NCBI GenBank assembly: GCA_003344405.1
Contig: NOWV01000015.1
Span: 682,001 to 746,000 of the forward strand
Length of the DNA: 64,000 nt
DNA from: Trichoplax sp. H2
Taxonomy: Eukaryota
Direction of reading: 5' to 3'
The notes below the pieces were generated by a model. It made no database searches, was not told the origin of the DNA, and was given only the letters and a program-made list of their open reading frames with translations. Position numbers and translations under genes: made by a program. Numbering within the stretch: position 1 is the first letter of the stretch; each line of letters begins with the position of its first letter. Positions 12,201-24,143 of this stretch are shown piece after piece.

Positions 12201-15200
12201 TCGGATCCAAGTTGTTATCACGAATTTTGCCGCCTATTGGCTCGATTAAAATCGAATTATCAACTCGGCGAATTAGTTAAAGTTGACAATTATAGCCTAG
12301 TTATTGATCTAATAGCCAAGTTTACGGTCACAAGTGTACAGGTCAGATATTGCACTATTAAAGAGCAATTATAAGATTGAAGTTTTTCCTTAGTAGCTTA
12401 TCAGAATTTTTCATTCTGAGCCACTGATGTAACTACCCGTTTCTTATACTTACATGGACTTGACAACATTATTAGGAGGTTTGGCAATGCGCACCAAATA
12501 GTGTCCACTATTTGTTAGGATTATGGCAACGTTTTGTTGCTTCCTTACCCTACGTCAAATCGTCATCCCCACATCATCTTAATGAATATAGTCCTCAGGT
12601 AAAAGATCCTGTTGTACTGTAATTCTCAATAGTAATTCGAATTTTACAACCTAATCTAGAGGGTATTTTATTCCATGTAGATTACCAAAGCTTACGTTAC
12701 ATCACGGCTAGAGTCTGTACAACTCGTCATTAGGTAAATTACTGTTATTGCTCATTGGATACTATCTTTACCAGTAAATGTAAAACTGTAATTGTATATT
12801 TTAACAGAGATGGCTTAGAGGATCCTATGGAAGATTATCACGTATTAGAGCAGCAACTTGAACAGGTAAATTAATTTAAAGTTATTACAATAGTTATCTA
12901 CGAGTATGCAAATTATACTCTTATAATTGTCATTTGATATTATATAGCTTTCGACTATCGCTCGTTGTGATTACGACCAAACCTGCTCGTTAGTCATGTC
13001 TCTATTCGACCAGGCGGCATCATCCTATCAGGAATGTTTACAACAGCAATCTCAAAGAAGTGATGCAAGTTTCGTAGTTTACGAAGGTAATTAAGTCCAG
13101 GAATCTATTATTTTTTAAATTTTCAGTGACTGTAGAATGGCTTTTTTAGGACAACTTGCTTGGTTGGTATGTATCATTGGGTCTGTAGTAGCTGGCAGAA
13201 CACTTTTCTATATCGCGGAGGAAAGCGATATTCTTGATGGAGAATTGATTTGCCGGTAGTTTATTAGTTTCATTCATGACCTATTGTAGTATTACGTGAA
13301 TTATATAACGTTATACCTTTTGTTTTGTTTAACAGTGTGTTACAGCTAATGAAGTTGCTAGAGGAAAGAAATCCTCAAGTAAGATAAATTGTTTTTATGT
13401 AGGGCTATATCAATATCTTGTTCTTGATTTATTACATTACCTTACTAGGTTTTAAGTGAAAAATTAGATCTCGCCATCTTGAGCTTCTTTGAACAATTTA
13501 GAAAGATTTACATTGGCGACCAAATGCAAAAAACCGCAAAGGTCTCTAAGACTCTTCGTATTGTACTAAAATTATTACTTAATTTTTTAGCATGATAGTC
13601 CGCTTAACTCACTTTGTATATCCAATATATGCTAAAAAAAGAATTACTTATGTCAAATTTATGCAGGTTTATAGCTGTATTGGCGAACGTCTGGGTCTTA
13701 AAGATGAATCAATGGTGTTAAGCATATTTATAAATAAAATGTAAGTATCCTTGCTTTTTTATAATCGTTATCTGATTTAGTATTGCTATTGAAGAAACGA
13801 GCAAGATCTATATATGATAAAAATCTTTTTCTTTTTAGCTTATCGAACCTAAAATATAAAAGTGAAAATGAATTGATTATGTTGCATACGCTGCAGCTGT
13901 TAAGTGATCTCTCGATGGGATATCCTGCAATACATACTTGATTTTTCTCAGATATGTCAATAATCCAACACTTGCTACTATTTTGCTTAACTGTTCTTAA
14001 CTACAGCAGTGTTAGAAAAATTGTCAAATTAGAGTCAATTCAATTTGTTCTAAAGAATCATACAGTAAGTTATTAATACAATTTTGGAGATGGCAAGATA
14101 AATCATATCTAGCTCATATTCGAGCACATCACGAAACGAATTGTTGTATTTATAATCCCATCAGGAACAACATTTTCCGTTTCTTGGAATTCAGCCAAAT
14201 ATTACACTTAAAAATATGAGACATAGAACCTTATTTTACACTGCTATTGGTCGTTTCTTGATGGTAGATCTAGGAGAGGACGATGAATCGTTTGTACAAT
14301 TCTTCATGCCTCTTACATGTAAGTACTGTTAATTGCTAAGGTAATTGTGATGAATTTCTTCAATTTTCTTCGACAGCATAACATCTACAAATTGAATGTC
14401 CTCTTCTTAGTAAAATTTGAACAATTCAAGAATCAAATAGCATCAACATCAGTTAATGAAGAGCAAGTCAAGGTTTTATAACTCTTATTAAATGCCATGT
14501 TGAATGCATATCACGTACTAAATGAATATATGCTCTTAATAGAGAACCATAATCGGTCTATGCCGTGACATAAGAGGCCTTGGTACAGCTTTTGTCAACA
14601 GATCATGTTACATGATGCTGTTCGATTGGTTGTATCTTTTCCATGTCCCTCAGACTACCAAATCAATAATAACCCAATTGTCATGCAATCTAATTACAGC
14701 GCATATTCGATATGTTCCTTAACTTGTTTAACAGATATCCCGCATATATGCCTGCTTTAATTCGAGCAGTGGAGTTATGGTATCATGATCCTAGTCTTAC
14801 AACCCCGGTATTAAAGTTAGTGACTGAAATAGTCCAAAATCGATCTCAAAGATTACAATTTGAAGTATCTTCTCCAAATGGTGTCCTATTATTCCGGGAA
14901 GTTAGCAAAATAATTTGTACTTATGGTAAGTTTGCTACTTTGCTAATACTCTTAATTCTTTCAACCATTTTAATTCTATTGTTTGACGTTAGGTTCCAGA
15001 GTATTGTTACTTAATGATATACCGGAAAGACAAATATACGCAATGAAATATCCTTCCTTTCACAATAATAAAATCATCATTTTACACTAAAACATTTTCA
15101 TTAGATGAAGTTATGTATTATAATCATTGCATTGAAATGTTGTATAACAAGTCACAAATAAATTATATGTTCCTTGACTATGTATAAGCTTAAAGGCATT

Positions 15201-16648
15201 TCTATTTGCTTCAGCATGTTAAAAGCAGCTTTGAGCGGGAACTATGTTAATTTTGGTATATTTAGACTTTATGGCGATGATGCATTTGACAATGTATTAG
15301 GAATGTTCCTTAGGATGTTATTATCTATACCTTCTCAGGACTTACTGGTATGATATGAAATAGCCAATGATTTATGCATTACTGTATATTGAGAATTATG
15401 ATTCTGATGCTGTTGCAAACTCACATTAAGGACTATCCTAAATTGGGGAAAGCCTATTATTCACTTATTGAAGCACTAGCACAAGATCATGCGTCTTATA
15501 TCAATAATCTGGAGCCCAATGTAAGTCATAGTCTCAAATTTGAAAATTGATAATTGTATAAATAATTATTTATTGTCAAAAATCCCATCCAAAAAATGCG
15601 CTATTACTATTGTATTGTCATAGTGTTAAGTGATTGTCCTAATTGTCCATACTTAAAATTTTAATTCTCCATAGGTCTTACTCGTAATTTTATCTACCCT
15701 TTCGCAAGGATTTGTTGCACTTGGTACGCAATTACTATAACCAGTTTTTACGTAACATATCAGTCTTTGAATCATTTTTGCTAAGCTAACAGATCTTTTC
15801 GTTTATATAGATGTCAACATTTGTACCTTCTGCTGCTCTGCATTAGACCACTTATTAACTAATTTGTTTAAAGAAATCTCTAAAACTAAAAAATCAAATA
15901 ATACATCTCAGGAGCAAAGTTCTTTACTTCGTGTATTAGAGCATAAATCAGAAGTACTTCAGCAGGTATACTATTTAGCAAAGTACTCAATTCGATTATG
16001 ACTTACCCCAACTGATACAGAAAATTTATGTTAATATCCCTTTAGGTATTAGACACTATCTTAAATATAATTATGTTTGAAGATTGTAAAAATCAGGTAG
16101 GATTGCAATCAATATTCGTATAATTAATTAAAAAAGATCTTATTTTTTGTCTCGACTACCGGTAATAAACTACGCATGATGTTAATGGCTAACACTTTTC
16201 TTTTAATAGTGGACTATGTCGAGACCTCTGTTAGGATTAATTTTGTTGAATGAAAAGGTAACGATGAGAAAAATAATTAGCTGATTCAATTGTCAAGATA
16301 TTTTAATTCGTCATCACTTTATCTTGTAGTACTTTTCCGAACTTACTGCCAACATCATTTCAAGTCAACATGTTAATAAGCAGGAAAAAATGTCTTCATG
16401 TTTTTCGAGTCTTATGGATGGAGTGGAATTTTCTTTATTTACAAAAAATAGAGAAAGGTAACTGTGCCATTGATTTATCTTGTATTAATAACAATCAAAC
16501 TAGAATAGTCTGGATTTAATTTCTAACTTCATGTGATAGATTTGCACAGAATTTATCCGCATTTCGTCGAGATGTCCATACATTACTTGGTGCGTCTATT
16601 TCGCTTCAGCCTGATAATTCTACCACTGCTAATATGATGACTTCTTAA
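9211..16648 (+). CDS. XPO7: Exportin-7 / RanBP16-17 family karyopherin, about 35 coding exons
   Basis: Exon 1 MDDRQQ (9211-9228; an in-frame ATG also at 9205), then [164 protein letters not shown] and [16 protein letters not shown]; stop TAA 16646-16648. Confidence 0.96.
13920..14000 (+). other. U12-type (minor spliceosome) intron of XPO7 with AT-AA termini
   Basis: 5' end ATATCCTG; branch-site-like TTGCTTAAC ends 9 nt before the 3' end. Only the ...TTCTTAA|C junction restores the conserved DLSMG-YSSVRK frame. Retention hits TGA. Confidence 0.8.
14632..14734 (+). other. U12-type GT-AG intron of XPO7
   Basis: 5' GTATCTTT, canonical U12 branch site TTCCTTAAC (14715-14723) ending 11 nt before the 3' end; joins FDWL-YPAYM. 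Confidence 0.85.
15048..15187 (+). other. U12-type intron of XPO7 with AT-AA termini
   Basis: Perfect 5' ATATCCTT and branch site TTCCTTGAC (15170-15178). The ...TATAA|G junction restores [12 protein letters not shown], whereas the AG one nt further on would frameshift. Confidence 0.85.
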
Positions 16649-17613
16649 TGTGGAAGATATTAGTGTCGACATTCTCAACGAATAACTTTAAGAGATTACT
16701 ACTATCGGCAGTTTAGTAGTATTGCTTGATGTTTATGATTATTGAAACTATAAAAAGTTTTATTGATGACTATGTATTAAATTTTTTGTATAAGATGAGG
16801 AACTCTCATTGATGCTCTAATTCTAAATTCATGAATTACTTTTGTTGAAAATGCACCTCAAAGCTGGAATAGGTAACACTTTACATGCAAGTTGTTCGTT
16901 CTAAGTTTTCTGTTAGATAGGAATAGGTATTGCCGTATTTCACATCAAAACATGGTAAATATTGAGTTGAACAGTTGCATAATGCGTACCTTATATTAAT
17001 ATTTGTTGAAGCATTTTTGATGCTATTTTCATATCTGTTTGCATATGTATGTTTCCTACCGATTAACCCGATGATGATATTACGAGTAAACAACCAGTTT
17101 GATAATTTATAGTTGATAAAATTTTGTACGACATTAGTCCGATTAAAAAATTTTGATAAATTCCTATTCCAGCTTCGATACTCTTTATCATTACCTGCTT
17201 TATGTACAAATAGTACTACATTCTATTCTGCCGTATTATCTCATTGTATATAACCTTTGATGTTTATCGAAATGTTACTTAGAGAATTTAATCCTGGTAT
17301 TAAAGTATTTGGTGAGCTAACGTAGTCTACTCCTTTGATGCATGATGACTTTTTCAGTTGTTGAAATTACATTTTATGAGCCTAAAATTAAAGTTACTCG
17401 TACGTATTTTAAAACATTCAGACTGTACTATTTACGTTCATGTTTTGGTGTAATACGAACTATTTTGCCTACCATCGTAATTGATTATCTGAAACATTAA
17501 TAATAATTATAATAACAATAACAATACCAGACAAGTTAAATGCAATATTGATGGATGTAAGATAGAATGTGTGCGGCTTGTTGTGAGTACATTGCATGTA
17601 ATTTACAAAATTT

Positions 17614-18484
17614 TTTATTGTTAATATCAAAATAAAGTATTAGATGATCGGTATTTTCAAGGATTGTTATTAGTAGGAAAGGCGACAGATTCGGGCTGGT
17701 TAGTAATGGCCAGCAGGAATTTAATAATTATTTTGCAGTGCTGTGTAATACTCTACTCTACTGAGAGTTTATCAATGCTCTAAAGTTATTTTCATTGGAT
17801 ACTTTTAGTGAGAGATGAGTATTTTTTCGAGTATTCTTATTGTACAACTAGTTTTAGTTTTCGTCTCTCGAGTCAATTGCAGTCACTTCACGACTACATC
17901 ATTGGTTTTGGGATTTGACTAACCCTATAAGTATCATATATATTTTACAGTCCATTCTATATGGCGTTAACTTATAGCAAGTAGAAAAGGTCGCAAAGAC
18001 TGTATTTACCTTATTTTACTAGTTCAATATTATATCACTGTCCATTATTAGTATGCACGTCATAGTGTAATGTACAGTGAGTGCTACTCATTTCGAGTGG
18101 GATTATACAGCGAAAAATATTGGTCTCTTACGGTAATCAAGCAATAAGAAGTAACAAAATAGAGCTTTGGTAGAAGAGGAATGTATCCAAAGAATACAAT
18201 AAGATAGCAAGCGAGAGAAGAATCTGCTGAGCCATGGACAAAAATCCGGGGTTGGACTTGTAGTAGTCCATGTTCAATAATTCGTCATTTGTTATAGAGA
18301 CGGGTGGACGGACAACCCGTGATATATCATGAAGTGGCCGTTGCTATATTGCTAAAGCGTCTAAGGGGTCCTACTAGATATTAGCAGGTGTTTAAGTGCC
18401 GTAATAGGCTAATATTGGTAGAACCTAAGAACATCTATAGTATACTATAGTTTAGTAAATTACCTGCGCAGAGCAGAATATCAT
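17614..18484 (-). ncRNA. Putative spliced lncRNA or microprotein transcript divergent from MED28
   Basis: Three GT-AG intron candidates of locally typical size (18463-18371, 18131-18038, 18009-17925), GC-richer exons and AATAAA at 17619-17614. Only short ORFs. Confidence 0.4.
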
Positions 18485-18634
18485 TATCGCGGCCAAATCA
18501 AGGGAATCGCTTAGCGACTGCTAGCTGTTCATCATTTATCACGACAATTAGCACTTTCAGCAGTAGCTTTCAATCTAAGAAGTGTTTACAAGGTGAAGGA
18601 AATCTAATTAGGAACAATCTCAAGAAAAAGAATC

Positions 18635-19972
18635 ATGTCCGAAAATTTAATAGACCAATTGGAGGACAATCTTAAAGTAGAATTGCTATTCTTTTGTCTT
18701 CCTGCTACTTTTCATCTACTGATTTTTAATTAAAATTTTTGTTCTCTTTTTCTCAAGGATTGTGTAAACTGCATAGGTAAAAAATTAGGCGAAGAAGGTA
18801 AGCTACAGGATCTTATTGATAATCTTGCATGTGAACAGCAAGCATATTGCGGTTGTATGTACATTATATTGTACGATTATAATAGCTGGAGAGATAAATA
18901 TGCAGCCTAAGCCACGGAAACCTACTGTACACTGTTGTAGTTGATTTTATAATTTCATGTGACGATTCCTTTGCTGTAATAGAATTCCATTCAAGAAGTA
19001 ATAATCTTATATTCAACTTGCTAACTGCCCTAAAGAATGAATACTTATCCAGAATAGTAAAATCATTCATACTAATTAACGATAGATGTAGACGGAGAGG
19101 CTAAAAGCATACATATGACTATTTTAATCTTAAATGGATTACGGACATCTTTAGCTTAGAATGCAGTCTTACTATTGACTTTGATCGACATCCATTTCCT
19201 ACTTGTAGTCATGCAGCGCTACTATTTAAAACTTAAATGTTCAACATTTGTCAAATATTATTCTGTACTTACTGTAGTCAATACAGTATTAGCAAAAAAA
19301 CGGATATGTATCTAGTATCTACAGTACTGTACTTATCATGTAGGATGCGATTTATTTCGTCGATACAATACGGTATACTCTTATGCTTTTTTTAAAATAG
19401 CTTAGGCACAAACCACCTTCTTAATCTTTAGTCTTAGTATACAGCTGAAGAGGTATCCGTATTGATCTGTAACTATGGATTGCATAGAACTAGTATGTAA
19501 ATCCTATTTCATTGCACTAATCGCACATCTAGCCACAAACTGCTACTGCACATCCTTCAGTTTTTGTGTAAACAACCAACGCCGTTGATACAGAACGACC
19601 GTCATGCTAATATTGAATCTTTCTTAAACTTTAGATCTTAAAGTAGTGACCGATAAGTTCATAGAATGCTCACAACGAGTAGAAGACTACTTTCTTAAAT
19701 ATGGCATAACGCAGAATAAAGTCAAAAACATTACTTATGGCGTAAGTATCCTCAATGGCTTATCCCTATCAACTAACTATAGCACCTAGTTCGATCCTGC
19801 ATTGATGGAACTAATTGATTATCTGTCTTTGTATTTTTAGGATGTAGCACAACTTAAAGATGAACTTGAGAGAAAGGAGTTACTACTGAAACGTAATTTA
19901 GATAAATTAACTGAATATCAGTCTACATTAGATCAGTTGCATCAACAAGATCTAACTAAATGGAAAGAATAG
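18635..19972 (+). CDS. MED28: Mediator complex subunit 28
   Basis: Spliced MSENLIDQLEDNLK-DCVNCIGKKLGEE-DLKVVTDKFIECSQRVEDYFLKY..-DVAQLKDELERKELLLKRNLDKLTEYQSTL parallels the MED28 pattern LVDELE..F..C / KFLD.AR..E.FFL / EDVSELRNELQRKD.L; stop TAG 19970-19972. Confidence 0.85.
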
Positions 19973-20644
19973 CCATAAAATACTGTTTCTTTATTTGAAA
20001 TATCTTTTACAAATACATCTGTACGTAAATATATATATATAGTACAAATGTTCTTTAATATTTCTTGACTTGAAACTACGATGTTTCAATCGATTTTGTA
20101 TTGATAACGCGTTGCATTTTTCTATTAATAATTATAATTAATATCATGGTATGATATTCTACATAAGGATTAATACATTAGAATCTAACATAAATCAGGT
20201 ATTGATGATAGATTTATAGTACAAACGTAATTTTTTTCGGTACATGAGTTAAATAGCATGATTGCGAGCGTAAAAGTGTAACAAGAAAGGATTGTATATG
20301 ACCGTACCAGAGTAAACATGTTCCTATAACTAATGTACAAAAAAGTTGTCAAGTCTAAAATTATACCATTACAATGATATCGTAACATTTAATATAATTA
20401 ATTTTTAAAAAGTTATCTGCACATAAATTTAGCATTATGCAAGCAATTCCCAAATTTTCGTCCAAAACAAGGTTTACTTATCTTACTACGATTTTTCCTA
20501 TTGTACAGCTGTACATTGTATTTGCTGTGACACAGCCCATGTTTTCAATGATTAATCAATCAATAAATCAGCATTAGTTTGCTACGGTAAATGTTTGTTT
20601 GTATAGTACAACTTAGCACTGTTTACTAGAAAACTGTGAATATT

Positions 20645-22990
20645 TCAATATTTCAGGTAATCTTGTAACTTAGAGCTAAATTCTTCGTCAAATTGTGGCA
20701 TATATTCAGAGATAGTATTAATGTCCTGCCGCTTTAATCTTCCTTCATCAGCTGTTGCAGTAACAAGTTGTCTCTGTCTAGATTGGCTTCGGGTGACAAT
20801 ACCATACTACAAAAAATAGAAACTATTACGGTACATATCTGCTACTATAGCTAAAATACAGCACTGTAAGTCATACTCTATACAGTACCTTAATCATTTA
20901 ACATTTAACTATGGTGAATCAATATCTACCTGGCTTCCTACGCTCGTATTCGAAGAAACATCAGATTGTAGATTGTAGCTTAAGTCTAACTGACTTCGAC
21001 TAGTTGAAATATCTTGCGAGGATATTTCTAGACTGGCATCGGAATCATCGTATCCTCTATTATCAACATTTCTAAATGCATCTTGTAACAGTGCTCTCTG
21101 CTCTCCATCTAATTGCGATAATTGGCCATTATCTGATTCTAATCGTTTACTAGCATCATACCCCTGAGTTTGGTAAACTTCACGGACAACATGATCAACA
21201 TTATCCTGAGTTTGGTAAACTTCACGGACAACATGATCAACATTATCTCGAGTAACTATTTCTTGTTTGATCTCTGGCTGACCTAGTGTATTGTATAAAA
21301 TTATTTCGCTGAATATATTATGCTATCATACATGAATGCATAAACCATTGCTCATATTTTATACTATTAATGATAGGAATAACAACTTTAATATATGTTT
21401 GTTAATACCTTGTTTATCTTGATTTGAGGACGTTACATTGGCCGATGCATTATTATCAACATTTGTACTTGGTGGTGGCAACTGCTGAACGTTGCGCGCT
21501 GCAACAATATTTTGTCCATTCTAAGCGTTACAAAGCGTTGCATACGAAAAAAGGAAAAAGATATCCTTAATACATTACAGTACAAGCATCGCAGTCCATA
21601 CGTATTCATTGAAAAAGTTGTTTTGATAAAAATGTGCCAGTAGCTTACATTGAGAATACTTTGAACAAGTGTTCTAGCAGCCATAGTCACACCGTTTCTA
21701 CTAACATCAAGTATTGAACTATATATCTTGTCTTTGTATTGTTTGATGAGTTCATCTATCTCCTGAAAATTGAAATTCAATAAGGTTATCAACGTAAGCG
21801 GGCCATCTACTCATAAACTGTTTGTTGCCACACAAAATCTATCAAAATAAATGTAGTGCAATTCACTTGCATGTAGTCTGCTTATATAAGCTACGATTGA
21901 ATTTAAGTTCTATCTTAACAGGTAACGTGTTTATGAAGTGGCAATTACTCTATTTCGTAGTACTGGCTGCTATTACCATTATACTGTTGGACGTAGAACA
22001 TCATGAAATGTTCATTATTGTCTTACAGCTAAGTACAGTATTTATGATCTCATAAAGAGTCCTATTTAAGGATTATGAGGCGAACAAACCTCTTCATGGG
22101 CCATCAAATTAGGGTGAATGAACTTCCTATATAATATGCTCGTACCCTATACAATAGAAGAAATAAATTATATTGAATGGAAGATGTACGCCCAACTGTA
22201 TTCTTGATTACGATTCCAAGTTGAGCCTATCGTAAGAATACCAGTCGTCATGGAACGCTTACATTTGTTGCCGGTAATAGCAGCCATAAGAAAAAGAGAA
22301 TTTTGGCTTCTTGGTATAACGGAAACCACCTGAATTCAAGAATGGACAAGAATATAAAAATTTCTTTAATAGACTATCAACAGTAAATAGTAACAGCTAT
22401 AAGCCTACAACCAAATTACCAGCCAATTAAAAGATCAGCTATCGTTTCAGCCACAGTGTAAAATGCGAAACTAATCCAGTACATCATCCATTTTACCTAT
22501 GTATAACATGACAAGACTAACGTTAATACAGTACGCTGATCATTGTACTATCAATTAGCTTGACTTACATATTCACGTGGATTACGTGTCTTGACAGCTT
22601 TAAACGAGCGGTAAGCTGGATAGAGAACACCAGCTATAAGACTGATGAAAGTTGTCGAGAAAAAGAAATTGAGAAAATTGCCTTTCCAACTAACTTCATT
22701 TTTGTTTACGTCTTCAAGGCCAAATCAAGAGTTGAGACAATAGGTCGACAGTACTGTTTTCGACACTAAAGAAGCATTTCCTAGTCACTGACTATAGAGC
22801 GTTGGAAAGTACTGTGACAGCTTATAGTATATCTGTCTACTAGCGCATGACATCATATTTGACGACGACAACCGTTCAAGAAAAAAATGACTCTCAAAGG
22901 ACATTTATAAAATATAATATCAACAACGAACTAGTTGACTAATCCTAGTCCAACTTACATGATAAGCTTGGATAAAAATTGTGTAATCAT
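20645..22990 (-). CDS. REEP: Receptor expression-enhancing protein, REEP1-4 subfamily (ER-shaping, TB2/DP1/HVA22 domain), 9 exons
   Basis: Spliced MITQFLSKLIILIAGVLYPAYRSFKAVKTRNPREYVKWMMYWISFAFYTVAETIADLLIGWWFPLYQEAKILFFLWLLLPATNGTSILYRKFIHP..EEEIDELI, then a polar low-complexity C-terminal tail; stop TGA 20647-20645. Confidence 0.93.
21163..21247 (-). repeat. Perfect 42-bp in-frame tandem duplication inside a REEP exon
   Basis: CCTGAGTTTGGTAAACTTCACGGACAACATGATCAACATTAT occurs at 21163 and 21205, encoding DNVDHVVREVYQTQ twice. Confidence 0.95.
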
Positions 22991-23144
22991 AATCACATGA
23001 AACTTGCTAATTTCTTGGTTACTCTATGGAATAATATTGGGTTGGCGTAGCAAACTGATTGAAAAATTGAGTGGTAGAATAAGCCGTTAAGAAGGAAAAC
23101 TTCCTTTTCTGAAAGGTGAAGGCGCCGGCGCAGTTGATGTCGTC

Positions 23145-23270
23145 AGTACAGTACAGTACTGTACTGTACAACTATCATACAGTGCAGTACCAGTACAGTA
23201 CCATACAATGTGAAGTACTGTAGTTTACAGTGTAAGGTAGTGTACTGTACTGTACTGTACGATAGTACAA
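23145..23270. repeat. (CAGTA/TACTG)n pentamer tract with a perfect 24-bp palindrome in the REEP/THG1L divergent intergenic region
   Basis: GTACAGTACAGTACTGTACTGTAC at 23146-23169, plus further CAGTA and TACTG runs up to about 23270. Confidence 0.85.
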
Positions 23271-24143
23271 TGTCAATCCCTGTGGTCAACCCCCCCCCCA
23301 ATGGTGTTGAATGTACTGTACTCCTAGTCTCCTACTCACTTTAAAAAGGAGCTTATAGGAATGTGAGGACATTTATTGTCAATAATGAACCTTACAAACA
23401 CATTTACTAAACTGAACAGTGCCTGTAAGTATAAAACATGATAGAACAGATAGTAATAATGCTGATCTTTATTTTGACTCAAAAATCGGAAAAGAAAATA
23501 AAACGGTGACTGCAGTCGTCTGTAGTCCATGTGTTGAAATACACCCGGTGCTTCTTCATTCATAATGTAGAGTACACTACTGTACTGTATACCGCACCTA
23601 GGTGGCGCGTATTCTAGTCCGTCAAAAACGGCCGAATTTAGAATATCTGTTGGACGTTGCGTAAATTCGTCTTGCACCAGTACTAAAAGTGCGTAAATTG
23701 ACAAAATTTTTAAATATTTAATGATAGAAATTATCGGTGTGTAATAGTCAACATCTCAGTTGAGAGGGGGCAAGCAATGATCAAACAACCTTTGCTATAC
23801 AATACTCGTATGGTCTACTGTACTGTACTTGCACAAAGGTAAAGCGGCCCCATACATTTACCCCTACTGTACTGTATACTCAGAGTATAGTATACTATAT
23901 TATTTTTAGGTTCTCTTGTAGACGGTATAGCCGTTTCTGCAGTGGCCATGAATTAATAAACTAAATTCTAAATTGAAAGTTAATGGTAGCAGTAAAATCT
24001 CGAAAGCATAATAGCTGACTTTACCCGAAAAATGATACTTGTAGCCAAGTTGTAGCTACAGTATAGTAACAATATCTATTACTGAATGATAGCCTTGTAC
24101 TGTACAGTACTTCTAAATCGCCCTACTGTATTATTAGGATATC

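Noticed and set aside
13741-13838. GTATCCTT (U12 donor consensus) 4 nt inside an XPO7 intron starting GTAAGT
   Set aside because: Using it would frameshift, and there is no U12 branch site near the pyrimidine-rich 3' end, so I treated it as a U2 intron. A vestige of U12-to-U2 conversion cannot be excluded.
23336-23704. 122-aa minus-strand ORF between REEP and THG1L
   Set aside because: Non-ATG start, no recognisable domain, composition typical of AT-rich non-coding DNA.
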